Shown: piece after piece, positions 1 to 8,215 of the stretch
How positions within the stretch are numbered: position 1 is the first letter of the stretch
Layout of the letters: each line of letters opens with the position of its first letter
Virus record (IMG/VR): IMGVR_UViG_3300027771_001853
Coordinates: 62,001 to 126,000 of that record
Strand: one strand, 5' to 3'
DNA length: 64,000 bases
The notes under the pieces: model-generated
The model's database searches: none
What the model saw: the letters and a program-made list of their open reading frames with translations, nothing else
Told to the model about the DNA's origin: nothing
Program-made: the position numbers and the translations under genes

Positions 1-410
1 TCTTTAACTTGGTCTAAGTCGTACCATTGGTGTTTTATCCTAATTTGACCAAATGTCTGGTCAGCTACTATTAGACCGTTAGCACAAACCAACCTAAATA
101 ATCCAGCGTGAAGACTAAAAGCGTTTCTACCATCATGTGAATTAGTCATTACTATTTCTGGTATAACTCCATTTATTTTTGACATCTTATCATTTCTAAA
201 CCTTAACATGTGTTTAGTGTGTAACATATTTCCCTTAGATTTTCTTTGTTCTGCCTTATAGGGTAACCACCCTTGTCTTGCCATATCTTCTACCATTTGT
301 AGGGTAGGTATAAATGTATATTTTTTGGAAACTTTTTCTGAAGGTTCTTCAGTAAACACTGAAGGTGCGTTGTTTTTAATTTCATCGTAAGTTAAAGGTT
401 CATTTGTCAT
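1..410 (-). CDS. DUF932 (DUF945-like) domain protein, partial (runs off the window start)
   Basis: Not in ORF track. Manual translation from ATG 410: MTNEPLTYDEIKNNAPSVF...SKKYTFIPT...KHMLRFR...NSHDGRNAFSLHAGLFRLVCANGL, the NSHDG/RLVCxNG signature of DUF932. Confidence 0.85.
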   Translation of the reverse strand, partial: MTNEPLTYDEIKNNAPSVFTEEPSEKVSKKYTFIPTLQMVEDMARQGWLPYKAEQRKSKGNMLHTKHMLRFRNDKMSKINGVIPEIVMTNSHDGRNAFSLHAGLFRLVCANGLIVADQTFGQIRIKHQWYDLDQVK

Positions 411-444
411 AATATATTTTATAGTTTTAGTTATTAATTCTATA

Positions 445-475
445 CAAATATACTGATTTATCTTTAAATTACAAA
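445..475 (-). promoter_or_regulatory. Bacteroidota-type primary-sigma promoter (-33 TTTG / -7 TAnnTTTG)
   Basis: Minus strand reads TTTG-taatttaaagataaatcag (19 nt)-TATATTTG, about 35 nt upstream of the DUF932 ATG. Confidence 0.75.
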
Positions 476-476
476 G

Positions 477-650
477 TTAATTCACTTTATTTTTAATATT
501 TCTTAGAACCACACAAATCTCATATCTTTCCTCAAATTCAAAAAATTTCATAAGATTAGTAATTTCACCGTAATAAGGACTTGATACCCTATTTAGACAT
601 AAATCATAGAACATCTGAATATTTACGTTGTAGTCGTCTCTAAACATCAT
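477..650 (-). CDS. small protein (57 aa) with UVR-like C-terminal motif, abutting clpP
   Basis: Manual translation MMFRDDYNVNIQMFYDLCLNRVSSPYYGEITNLMKFFEFEERYEICVVLRNIKNKVN*; ATG directly follows the clpP stop. Confidence 0.6.
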   Translation of the reverse strand: MMFRDDYNVNIQMFYDLCLNRVSSPYYGEITNLMKFFEFEERYEICVVLRNIKNKVN

Positions 651-1334
651 CTACTTCTTAATTTCTCTCTTAGATTTTACAATATCGTCAATGATACCAT
701 ATTTCTTAGCTTCTTCCGCATTTAACCATAAATCTCTTTGGGCATCCTTTTCTACTCTTTTTGCTGTTTTACCACAGTATGCCCCTAGTAGTTTAAATAA
801 CGTATCATTTACGTTTTCCCATTCTTTCATGGTAATTCTTGCGTCTTGTATATTACCTACAGCTCCACCACTTGATTGGTGTAACATTGTTCTACTAAAC
901 CTTAAGGAGTACCTTTTTCCTTTGGTCCCGGCTCCTAATATTAAGGACCCCATTGATGCTGCCATACCGGTATTGATTGTTACTATGTCTGGTTTTACGT
1001 AATCCATAACATCTATAATGCTTAGACCAGATTTAACTGAACCACCTGGACTATCAACATGCATTGTTATATCGTCGTCACTTACACTATCTAAAAACAT
1101 TAGTTGTGCTTGTACCACAGTAGACATTCTGTCATTTACTTCACCTGCTACCCATAATAATCTATCCATCATTAATCTAGAAAACACGTCCATAGCTGTA
1201 ACATTTAATTGTCTTTCTTCTAAAATTAATGGTGTTAAACTATTTTCTATGTGTTGTTGGTATTGGTGTTGTTCTAACCCACTTATGCCGTGATTGTGTA
1301 ATGCGTATTTTTCAAATTCTTTTTTTATATCCAT
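651..1334 (-). CDS. clpP: ATP-dependent Clp protease proteolytic subunit
   Basis: MDVFSRLMMDR, SPGGSV, GMAASMG (catalytic Ser), MLHQ (His), RDLWLNAEEAKKYGIID. Confidence 0.96.
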   Translation of the reverse strand: MDIKKEFEKYALHNHGISGLEQHQYQQHIENSLTPLILEERQLNVTAMDVFSRLMMDRLLWVAGEVNDRMSTVVQAQLMFLDSVSDDDITMHVDSPGGSVKSGLSIIDVMDYVKPDIVTINTGMAASMGSLILGAGTKGKRYSLRFSRTMLHQSSGGAVGNIQDARITMKEWENVNDTLFKLLGAYCGKTAKRVEKDAQRDLWLNAEEAKKYGIIDDIVKSKREIKK

Positions 1335-1345
1335 TTTGTTTTTTT

Positions 1346-2497
1346 TTAATAAGGTAAAAATTCTTTTAGTTTATTTAATCTTTCCCAAGGGAAATCTTTT
1401 GTTTTGTCATCTGGTTCAATTAAATGACCGAAGTGACCATTAAGTGAAGTTTTTAAATATATGGGATTTAAAAGTCCCATTTCTCTAATAGCGTCATCTA
1501 TATTTAAAGGAAATAAATCGAGAACTAAACTATAGATAAAGTCATGTGGGACAAATGGTTTTTCTCTACCGTAATCTAATGATAAAAATTTACCATCTGA
1601 TTGTCCAATAATAAAGGATATTCCTACAGTACATTCCTTTGCCCATCCTGCCGCTACTATATGTTTAGCTATCCATCTTGCTAGATAAGCTCCCGACCTA
1701 TCTACTTTAGATGGGTCTTTACCTGAAAAAGCTCCACCACCAACAGGACTATAGGGACCATATTGGTCAATCACTATCTTTCTTCCCGTTAAACCACAGT
1801 CAGCGTCAGGACCACCTACAGTCCATGGACCAGCTGGGTTAAATAAAAACTTAGTATCTTCATCAAAGTAATTTCTTATCTCTTCAGTTTCATCAACCAA
1901 CAAAGACACCATAAACTCCTTATTTCTATATTGTTTTGGGTCTATAAAAACTGGATGCATAGTAGAAATGACCATTTCTTTAACCTTTTGTGGTATACCA
2001 TCTTTATACTCTATTGAAATCTGGGATTTGGCGTCAGGACCTAATTTGTCATTTAGTAATACTTTACCTAATAATTTCCTAGACAGATACGACCCTAAAG
2101 GCATATAGTTAGGTGCTTCTTGAGAAGCATACCCATATACAAAACCTTGGTCACCTGATACTATAGTATTTTTTTGTAGACTGGCGAGTTCTGGGGATTG
2201 TTTATCTATGAAACTTATATGGTTTACATGTTTATCACTAAAGTTAGCCTCACTACTAGTATAACCTAAAAGTCTAGTTACTTTTTCTACGACATCTTGG
2301 GTATCTATTGTCTCTTTGGAGGTTACCTCACCAGCTACAATAGAAACCTGATTTTTAACCATTGTTTCTACAGCGACTTTAGAAGTCGGGTCTTTCTCCA
2401 GGTATGCATCCAATATAGCATCTGAAATACAGTCAGCGACTTTATCTGGATGCCCTGGAGATACACATTCTGTGGTTATAATTTTTACTCTACTCAT
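1346..2497 (-). CDS. metK: S-adenosylmethionine synthetase
   Basis: ECVSPGHPDKVADCISDAILD, GDQG, DCGLTGRKIVIDQYG, GGGAFSGKDPSKVDRSGAY, GHFG. Confidence 0.97.
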   Translation of the reverse strand: MSRVKIITTECVSPGHPDKVADCISDAILDAYLEKDPTSKVAVETMVKNQVSIVAGEVTSKETIDTQDVVEKVTRLLGYTSSEANFSDKHVNHISFIDKQSPELASLQKNTIVSGDQGFVYGYASQEAPNYMPLGSYLSRKLLGKVLLNDKLGPDAKSQISIEYKDGIPQKVKEMVISTMHPVFIDPKQYRNKEFMVSLLVDETEEIRNYFDEDTKFLFNPAGPWTVGGPDADCGLTGRKIVIDQYGPYSPVGGGAFSGKDPSKVDRSGAYLARWIAKHIVAAGWAKECTVGISFIIGQSDGKFLSLDYGREKPFVPHDFIYSLVLDLFPLNIDDAIREMGLLNPIYLKTSLNGHFGHLIEPDDKTKDFPWERLNKLKEFLPY

Positions 2498-2510
2498 TAG
2501 TTTTTTTCTA

Positions 2511-2539
2511 ATAGTAGAAAAAATAAATTTGAAGGTAAA
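2511..2539 (-). promoter_or_regulatory. sigma70-like promoter upstream of metK
   Basis: TTTACC-N17-TACTAT followed by tagaaaaaaa; the promoter at 17911-17939 has the same downstream tail. Confidence 0.45.
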
Positions 2540-2546
2540 CTTATAA

Positions 2547-3173
2547 CTATGTTATATCGTTAGATTCAATTAAGGTGTAAGAAAATGAGTTACCGTGAAT
2601 ATCTCTAGCTTTCTCACATATAGCTAAAAATTTCTTCCAATCATCATTAGATGAGATTACTTGACACCCAGCTGACCACTTATCCACATAAGTAGAAGTT
2701 TTTCCAGCTTTAGATGTTGCTCTATGAATATTGATTCCAAATAAACCCGTATCTGTTGTTGCTTCATTTCTATCGTATTTACCATCACGGTCATTGTCTC
2801 TATACACTGTCACATCTTTCTTTTGACCTAACGCTAAATATTTTCCTGCGTGTAATCTTAATTTGTGAGACCCTCTATATTGACCTTCTTTTAAGATAGC
2901 ACACCCTTTTTCTTTAACTATTGGGTCGTCCATGTAATTATCCCCTGGGTCGGTTGTAGCTTCAAAACAAAAGAATTTCCACTCACCATTTTTTTTATAT
3001 GAAACTGTAACACAATCATCAAACCTGTTAGTTACTCTGTCTTTCGTTGAGGAGTTTCTGATTCCCACTATATTAACATCGTACCCTTTATTGTCTGAAT
3101 CATCAAACCATTTGTATCCTTTTTCTTTTACGGTGGTTTCTATCTGTTCTCTAGTGTAGCAATTTTTCGCCAT
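2547..3173 (-). CDS. YkuD/L,D-transpeptidase-like peptidoglycan enzyme (candidate endolysin)
   Basis: GINIHRA...KWSAGCQV His/Cys catalytic-type motif; NIVGIR, TTDPG, FSYTLI motifs. Confidence 0.65.
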   Translation of the reverse strand: MAKNCYTREQIETTVKEKGYKWFDDSDNKGYDVNIVGIRNSSTKDRVTNRFDDCVTVSYKKNGEWKFFCFEATTDPGDNYMDDPIVKEKGCAILKEGQYRGSHKLRLHAGKYLALGQKKDVTVYRDNDRDGKYDRNEATTDTGLFGINIHRATSKAGKTSTYVDKWSAGCQVISSNDDWKKFLAICEKARDIHGNSFSYTLIESNDIT

Positions 3174-3207
3174 CTTTTTTAGTTTTTATTTGTTTTTTAT
3201 TATTATT

Positions 3208-4332
3208 TTATAAATAGTTCCACAAAAGGTCTTGGAACAAATCATTTACCTCATCGTCATCCCAAGGATAGTCATCTACAGCAGGACAAAGAGAATCCAG
3301 GTTAAATTCTTTTATCATTTCTAAAAAATTGTCAGGACTATCAATCTCATACGCATGTCTAACTATCATTGCTCTTGCTCTATCTGTTACGTCAAAATAT
3401 TTTACAGGGACTTCTACTTTTGTCCATTTATTTTTACCAGTTTCTTGATTCATTACATCCTTATAGGTGTTTGTCGTTCCTTGACCTATTGGTTTACCTA
3501 AAAAATCCTCAAATTCTTTATAGTATGAAGTATAGTATTGATTTTGTACAACTTCATTCCATGCACTACCATAGGCAGTCTTTATTTCGTTCTCCACATC
3601 TTCTAGTTCAGGTGTGTTACCTATAAGAACAGCCAAGTTATATCTATCACCACCTAAAAAACCATTCATCCTGTTAAGAGTTAAAAAAACCTTACCTTCT
3701 GGTAGTTGGTCCTCTTCCCTCCAACTATCAAATTCCTCCCTCCAAGCGGTTACTTCCTCATTTTGGAACTCACCACCAATATACCTTACTAGTTTTATGT
3801 AATTTTCTTCTGTTAGTAAATCTAATAACTCCTCTATGTTCATATCTGAATCATAAGGTTCCCAATCCAAATAACCATCACCAAATATTTGTTTTGCGAC
3901 TTCATTACAATCAATACTACTACCCCTATAACCCCCATCAAAAAATTCAGCTTCTTCACCAGGCATTAACTCTAAGATAATTCTATCATTCTTATCTTTA
4001 CCGATAAACCTCATGTCGTCCAAGTAAGGTTCAATCACATATTCATCCATCAAATCATTATCAACCGCACCATTGTTCCAAGCTCTAATTCCTCCTAATG
4101 CGTTAATGATATGTTCTAATACTCTTTCCTGTGGCCATTGGGAGGACATGTGGTCTAAGAAGTCTCGACCCTTCCCAAGTTTATCTAAGGCATTATACAA
4201 TTCATGTATATCACCACCAAATAGTTTTATAAGAGGCCAAATATCTTCTATCTCACTACTTTGGAATACCTGTTCTGACCAAGGCGTGGTTTTTTCCACT
4301 AATAAAGCTGATACCGTTTGGATAAGTTTCAT
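3208..4332 (-). CDS. highly acidic hypothetical protein with LLVE N-terminal leader
   Basis: 374 aa ORF, D/E-rich; begins MKLIQTVSALLVEK; TATTTAT at 4337-4343 upstream. Confidence 0.75.
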   Translation of the reverse strand: MKLIQTVSALLVEKTTPWSEQVFQSSEIEDIWPLIKLFGGDIHELYNALDKLGKGRDFLDHMSSQWPQERVLEHIINALGGIRAWNNGAVDNDLMDEYVIEPYLDDMRFIGKDKNDRIILELMPGEEAEFFDGGYRGSSIDCNEVAKQIFGDGYLDWEPYDSDMNIEELLDLLTEENYIKLVRYIGGEFQNEEVTAWREEFDSWREEDQLPEGKVFLTLNRMNGFLGGDRYNLAVLIGNTPELEDVENEIKTAYGSAWNEVVQNQYYTSYYKEFEDFLGKPIGQGTTNTYKDVMNQETGKNKWTKVEVPVKYFDVTDRARAMIVRHAYEIDSPDNFLEMIKEFNLDSLCPAVDDYPWDDDEVNDLFQDLLWNYL

Positions 4333-4347
4333 ATTAATAAATACAAC

Positions 4348-4374
4348 AAAAAAAAGTCTAAATTACTTAGACTT
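4348..4374 (-). terminator. putative intrinsic terminator
   Basis: Minus strand AAGTCTAA-gtaat-TTAGACTT stem-loop followed by a T-tract, overlapping the stop of 4363-4482. Confidence 0.55.
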
Positions 4375-4482
4375 CTTTTTGTTCTGTTCTTTTGCTATTT
4401 CTATTAGTTTTTCCCGGATTTGGGTTGTACGGTCTGGCATAGGTTTGTTAGTAGAAGATTTCTTCTTACACCCACACCCCAT
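4363..4482 (-). CDS. small basic peptide with MGCGC N-terminus (39 aa)
   Basis: Manual translation MGCGCKKKSSTNKPMPDRTTQIREKLIEIAKEQNKKKSK*; starts 1 nt after the stop of 4484-4708. Confidence 0.6.
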   Translation of the reverse strand: MGCGCKKKSSTNKPMPDRTTQIREKLIEIAKEQNKKKSK

Positions 4483-4483
4483 G

Positions 4484-4708
4484 TTAGTCTTTTAGGTATT
4501 TGTCAAAAGTCCCACCTTTTACTTCATCCATAAACAATTTAAATTGTTCTTTAGTAAATGTAGTGTACCCTTCTTCTTTCCCACCTATTACAACATTATC
4601 TCTATCTTCGTCAATATCGATTGCTGGGCATTTACAACTTCCTTTCCCACAAAATGTAATTTCTAGTCCAGTAGAACTATAACTGTTTGGTAAATTTGTA
4701 TTAATCAT
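4484..4708 (-). CDS. DUF397-like small protein
   Basis: CGKGSCKCPAIDI...VVIG...FTKEQFKLFMDEVKGGTFD resembles the DUF397 pattern (C..CVEV...F...W..F...VK.G.F). Confidence 0.5.
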   Translation of the reverse strand: MINTNLPNSYSSTGLEITFCGKGSCKCPAIDIDEDRDNVVIGGKEEGYTTFTKEQFKLFMDEVKGGTFDKYLKD

Positions 4709-4792
4709 AACTTTTTTTTTAAATAATATATCGTTTTATACATTAAATAAATACTAACCCATTTAAATTATTCCTCCATTGTGCTTAAGAGA

Positions 4793-4799
4793 TATTTAT
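4793..4799 (+). promoter_or_regulatory. TATTTAT putative late-promoter motif (representative copy)
   Basis: 15 nt upstream of ATG 4815. Same motif in sense orientation at 3210-3216, 4337-4343, 4747-4753, 8195-8205, 10587-10593, 12798-12804, 20712-20718, 23982-23988, 25399-25405, 32506-32512, 43685-43691. Confidence 0.6.
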
Positions 4800-4814
4800 T
4801 ACAAAAAGTAATTA

Positions 4815-6617
4815 ATGTTATTAACTGAAAATAGGGTCTCCAAAGTAAAAGAAATGTACAACATACCGTCGGAGGTATGGGAACCTATGGTTACCGGTAG
4901 TGCTGCTATTTCACCTAATCAAAAATATTTAGAGTGGATTGCTAAACAATGGGAGGGAGCTACATTATCACCAGAAGATTCTGGTACTCGTAATTATGTT
5001 GGTGGTACCCTTCCTGGTTTACTTACTACTGTAGAAGAATTTGATAGGGTAAGACCTAACCTTAAAAAGAAAGATTTGTATCAATATCGTGATAGACAAG
5101 AGGTAATCGATAGTCTAGAAGGTTATAAATTGGAGAAGATTAGGAATATAGAAACCCATGATGAGTCTGAGGTGGTGTACGAAAATAATAGATTCAAGGT
5201 AGTTGTCCCTAAGTCCCATACCGCATCATGTTATTATGGTGCTGGTACCAAATGGTGTACAGCTTCTAAAGGAAATCCAAATCATTTTACCAACTACGAT
5301 AAAGCGGGTAAATTGTTTTATATTTTGGATAAACAGGCACCAACATCCAGCCTTTACTATAAAGTTGCTTTAAATAAAACCTATAAAGGTGGTGATACCT
5401 GGTATGACGCAATAGATGATGTAATGACAGCATCTAATTTAGATGGGTATATTGATACGTTAAATAAATTCGAAATAATTAATAAGATTAAAGAATATTT
5501 TAAATTTACATATGATGATGAAATTTCAAAAATAAGTGATGAAGAAAAACAACGGGAATTAGAAAGGATAGCTAGAGAAGCTGAATGGGCACAAAGAAGG
5601 AGAGAGAGAGAACAACGTCTTGAAACTGTAGCGAACCAAAGAAGAGCTTCTGATGCCTGGAAACCTGGAGAGGGTGGGACTTTAGGTGAATTGGCTAATG
5701 CGTTAATGGAATGGTTAAAAGATAACGATAAGTGGGATACTGACAATACCGAAGCGATTGGCGATTTAGTTGGTGAAATTGAGTCCATGCGTAATGATAT
5801 GGAAAATGACCCTGATGTTATAGCTGACATTGATGGTGAAAGAGCACAGGATTATGGTCAAGACTTGGGGAATCTAGAGGATAGTCTTGAGTCACTTAGG
5901 AATGAAAAACATGACGTATACGACCTGAGACAAGACGAAAGTAGTCATTATGGTTTACCTATATTTGAATATAACGATGAGGAGTATTCTATAGGTGACG
6001 ATATTATGGCAAATGAAGCAGCTTGGGACCAAGTCGATAATCTATTAGATGATATTGGTTTTAATGGGTTTTCAGCTGGGATGATGGAATGGTATGTAGA
6101 TGGTGAGATGGTAGCTGATGATTTTGAAAGTATGTTTTACGATGATGTATCAGATTCACCTGAAGATTATTTAGATGTGGATGATGATAGAGAACTAACT
6201 GATACTGCTGTAGAACAACTAGAAGCTATGAGTGAACAAATTGGTGAATACCAAGTTGAGTTGGAGGATACAGACATTAGTGACGAAATAGATAGAGAAT
6301 ACCTAGTTGACCAAATAGAAGCATTAGAAGAGGCTAAAGTGGATTTAATGGATGATGAAGATAGTTACGAGTGGACAGAATACGCTAAGGAGGAATACGT
6401 GAAGAGAAGACTTGACGAGGTTAGAAATGACCCCGTAGAGTTCCTACAAGATTATGGTTACGGTACGGAAACTTATGAACGATATATAGATAGAGATAAA
6501 TTTATAGAGGGTGTTATAGATGCTGATGGTAGAGCTAATGGACTTTCTTCCTATGATGGGGAAGAAGGTGAGGTTTCCTATGGGGGTGACTGGTATTACA
6601 TTTATAGGTTAAATTAA
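4815..6617 (+). CDS. SCxYG-WCT (PcfJ-like) core protein with very acidic C-terminal half
   Basis: MLLTE leader; NQKYLEW, KKDLYQY, SCYYGAGTKWCTAS, GKLFYI; C-terminal ~300 aa strongly D/E-rich. Confidence 0.75.
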   Translation: MLLTENRVSKVKEMYNIPSEVWEPMVTGSAAISPNQKYLEWIAKQWEGATLSPEDSGTRNYVGGTLPGLLTTVEEFDRVRPNLKKKDLYQYRDRQEVIDSLEGYKLEKIRNIETHDESEVVYENNRFKVVVPKSHTASCYYGAGTKWCTASKGNPNHFTNYDKAGKLFYILDKQAPTSSLYYKVALNKTYKGGDTWYDAIDDVMTASNLDGYIDTLNKFEIINKIKEYFKFTYDDEISKISDEEKQRELERIAREAEWAQRRREREQRLETVANQRRASDAWKPGEGGTLGELANALMEWLKDNDKWDTDNTEAIGDLVGEIESMRNDMENDPDVIADIDGERAQDYGQDLGNLEDSLESLRNEKHDVYDLRQDESSHYGLPIFEYNDEEYSIGDDIMANEAAWDQVDNLLDDIGFNGFSAGMMEWYVDGEMVADDFESMFYDDVSDSPEDYLDVDDDRELTDTAVEQLEAMSEQIGEYQVELEDTDISDEIDREYLVDQIEALEEAKVDLMDDEDSYEWTEYAKEEYVKRRLDEVRNDPVEFLQDYGYGTETYERYIDRDKFIEGVIDADGRANGLSSYDGEEGEVSYGGDWYYIYRLN

Positions 6618-8185
6618 TGAAAAGATTGAAAAACATATTATTAGAAGGAAGAATAGAAGACGCACAACGACACTTTGAAGACTCTGTTGGGTCTTGGCCT
6701 GTTGCAGAACCAGGTAACCCAGCTGGGGTTGGGGCACAGACTAATTTAGATGGTGTATTAAAACATTTTACACAGAACGACCCTTCAGGTAACAACAAGT
6801 ATCTTATGTGGATGGTTAAAATGTATCTTAATCCAGAAGAAAGAGGAACATCACCTAATGACATATCATCCGTAGTACAAAGATTCCATAAGAATGTAGG
6901 TAGGTTAAGTACAGCACTTATAATTAATATGGATATATTTGACCCTAGTAGTAGGATAGCTACTTCACCAAAGAATCTAGATTCTTATGGGGATATATCA
7001 CAAGTAGAAAGGGTTATGGATGAAGTAGACTCAATACAAACAAAAAAAGAAAAAGAAACCCAAGCTAAATCAGGTGTGGATAAATTATATGAAGATGAGA
7101 GATGGTTGTTGGTTAAACCAAATACCTACGAGGGTTCTTGTTATTATGGTTCATCAACCAAATGGTGTACTTCTAGTAAAACCACAACGACACACTTTGA
7201 GGATTACTCTAAGAGAGGAAATTTATATTATATTATAGATAAGAGTCATCAATTAGGTGATTATTATAAAATTGCGTTATTTAAAGAATGGGATGGTAAT
7301 GAAGAATGGTACGATAGAGCAGATGATAGTTTAAATCAAGGTACAATAAATGCTATTCGTTCTATGGTACCACAAGACTTAATTAAAGCACTGGATAATT
7401 CTTACAGGAACACCAAACCACCTGAACAAGAAACAATGTTCTACACTTTAGATGAATTCCAAAATAAACTAACTGAATATATTAAATCAAAACCATCACT
7501 ACAAACTATTACTACTGAGAGTGGTATTTGGAAATGGGAATCTGACATCATGAATCAGACGTGGACTTGGAGAAACTCAAAAGATAATGAAGAGTTGAGT
7601 TTACAAGCCACTCCTTTTTGGGACGGCCTGGATGGAATACCTTTCGACTCTTATTCGGATGATGACGAATTCGGTAACTTCCATGATACACTGTTAGCTC
7701 CAGAAGTGTGGGAATATAATGAATATATAGGAAAGAATGAGTTTTTAAGTAAAACTAATACCGATATGGGGGTTAAATTATTTCTTACTTTTATGTACCT
7801 ACCTAAACTTAGGGAGGTTTTAACTGATGATTTCTTTAAACAGCAGGTTAATCGTGATTACACAATCTGGACCTCAAGTAACCCTGTTTCCACTTACACA
7901 TTTAAATGGCCACCTAAAAGTGGTTCGATGACACAACTTTTTACAGACTATATTAAACAAAATCCTGGGTCTAGTCCTAATGATTTTTATGAGGAAGTAT
8001 ACGGTAAACCTAGACCTAGAGGACATAACAATATGTTCTTTTCCTCCATTAAAGATTCGGGTATTGTAAAAATGGAAAGAGAGGGAAGACGATTTGTTTA
8101 CAGTTTAGGACCTAACTACAAAATGTGGACGAGGGGTAATTTACTTAGGTCAGGTAGGAGGAACATGAATGTAGGTTACTATTGA
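6617..8185 (+). CDS. SCxYG-WCT (PcfJ-like) core protein with C-terminal winged-helix-like domain
   Basis: MKRLKNILLE leader; DPSGNNKYLMW, SCYYGSSTKWCTSS, GNLYYI; C-term YIKQNPG...FFSSIKDSGIVKMEREGRRFVYSL (ArsR-like wing). Confidence 0.75.
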   Translation: MKRLKNILLEGRIEDAQRHFEDSVGSWPVAEPGNPAGVGAQTNLDGVLKHFTQNDPSGNNKYLMWMVKMYLNPEERGTSPNDISSVVQRFHKNVGRLSTALIINMDIFDPSSRIATSPKNLDSYGDISQVERVMDEVDSIQTKKEKETQAKSGVDKLYEDERWLLVKPNTYEGSCYYGSSTKWCTSSKTTTTHFEDYSKRGNLYYIIDKSHQLGDYYKIALFKEWDGNEEWYDRADDSLNQGTINAIRSMVPQDLIKALDNSYRNTKPPEQETMFYTLDEFQNKLTEYIKSKPSLQTITTESGIWKWESDIMNQTWTWRNSKDNEELSLQATPFWDGLDGIPFDSYSDDDEFGNFHDTLLAPEVWEYNEYIGKNEFLSKTNTDMGVKLFLTFMYLPKLREVLTDDFFKQQVNRDYTIWTSSNPVSTYTFKWPPKSGSMTQLFTDYIKQNPGSSPNDFYEEVYGKPRPRGHNNMFFSSIKDSGIVKMEREGRRFVYSLGPNYKMWTRGNLLRSGRRNMNVGYY

Positions 8186-8215
8186 ATCATAAAGTATTTA
8201 TTTATAAAATAAGAT

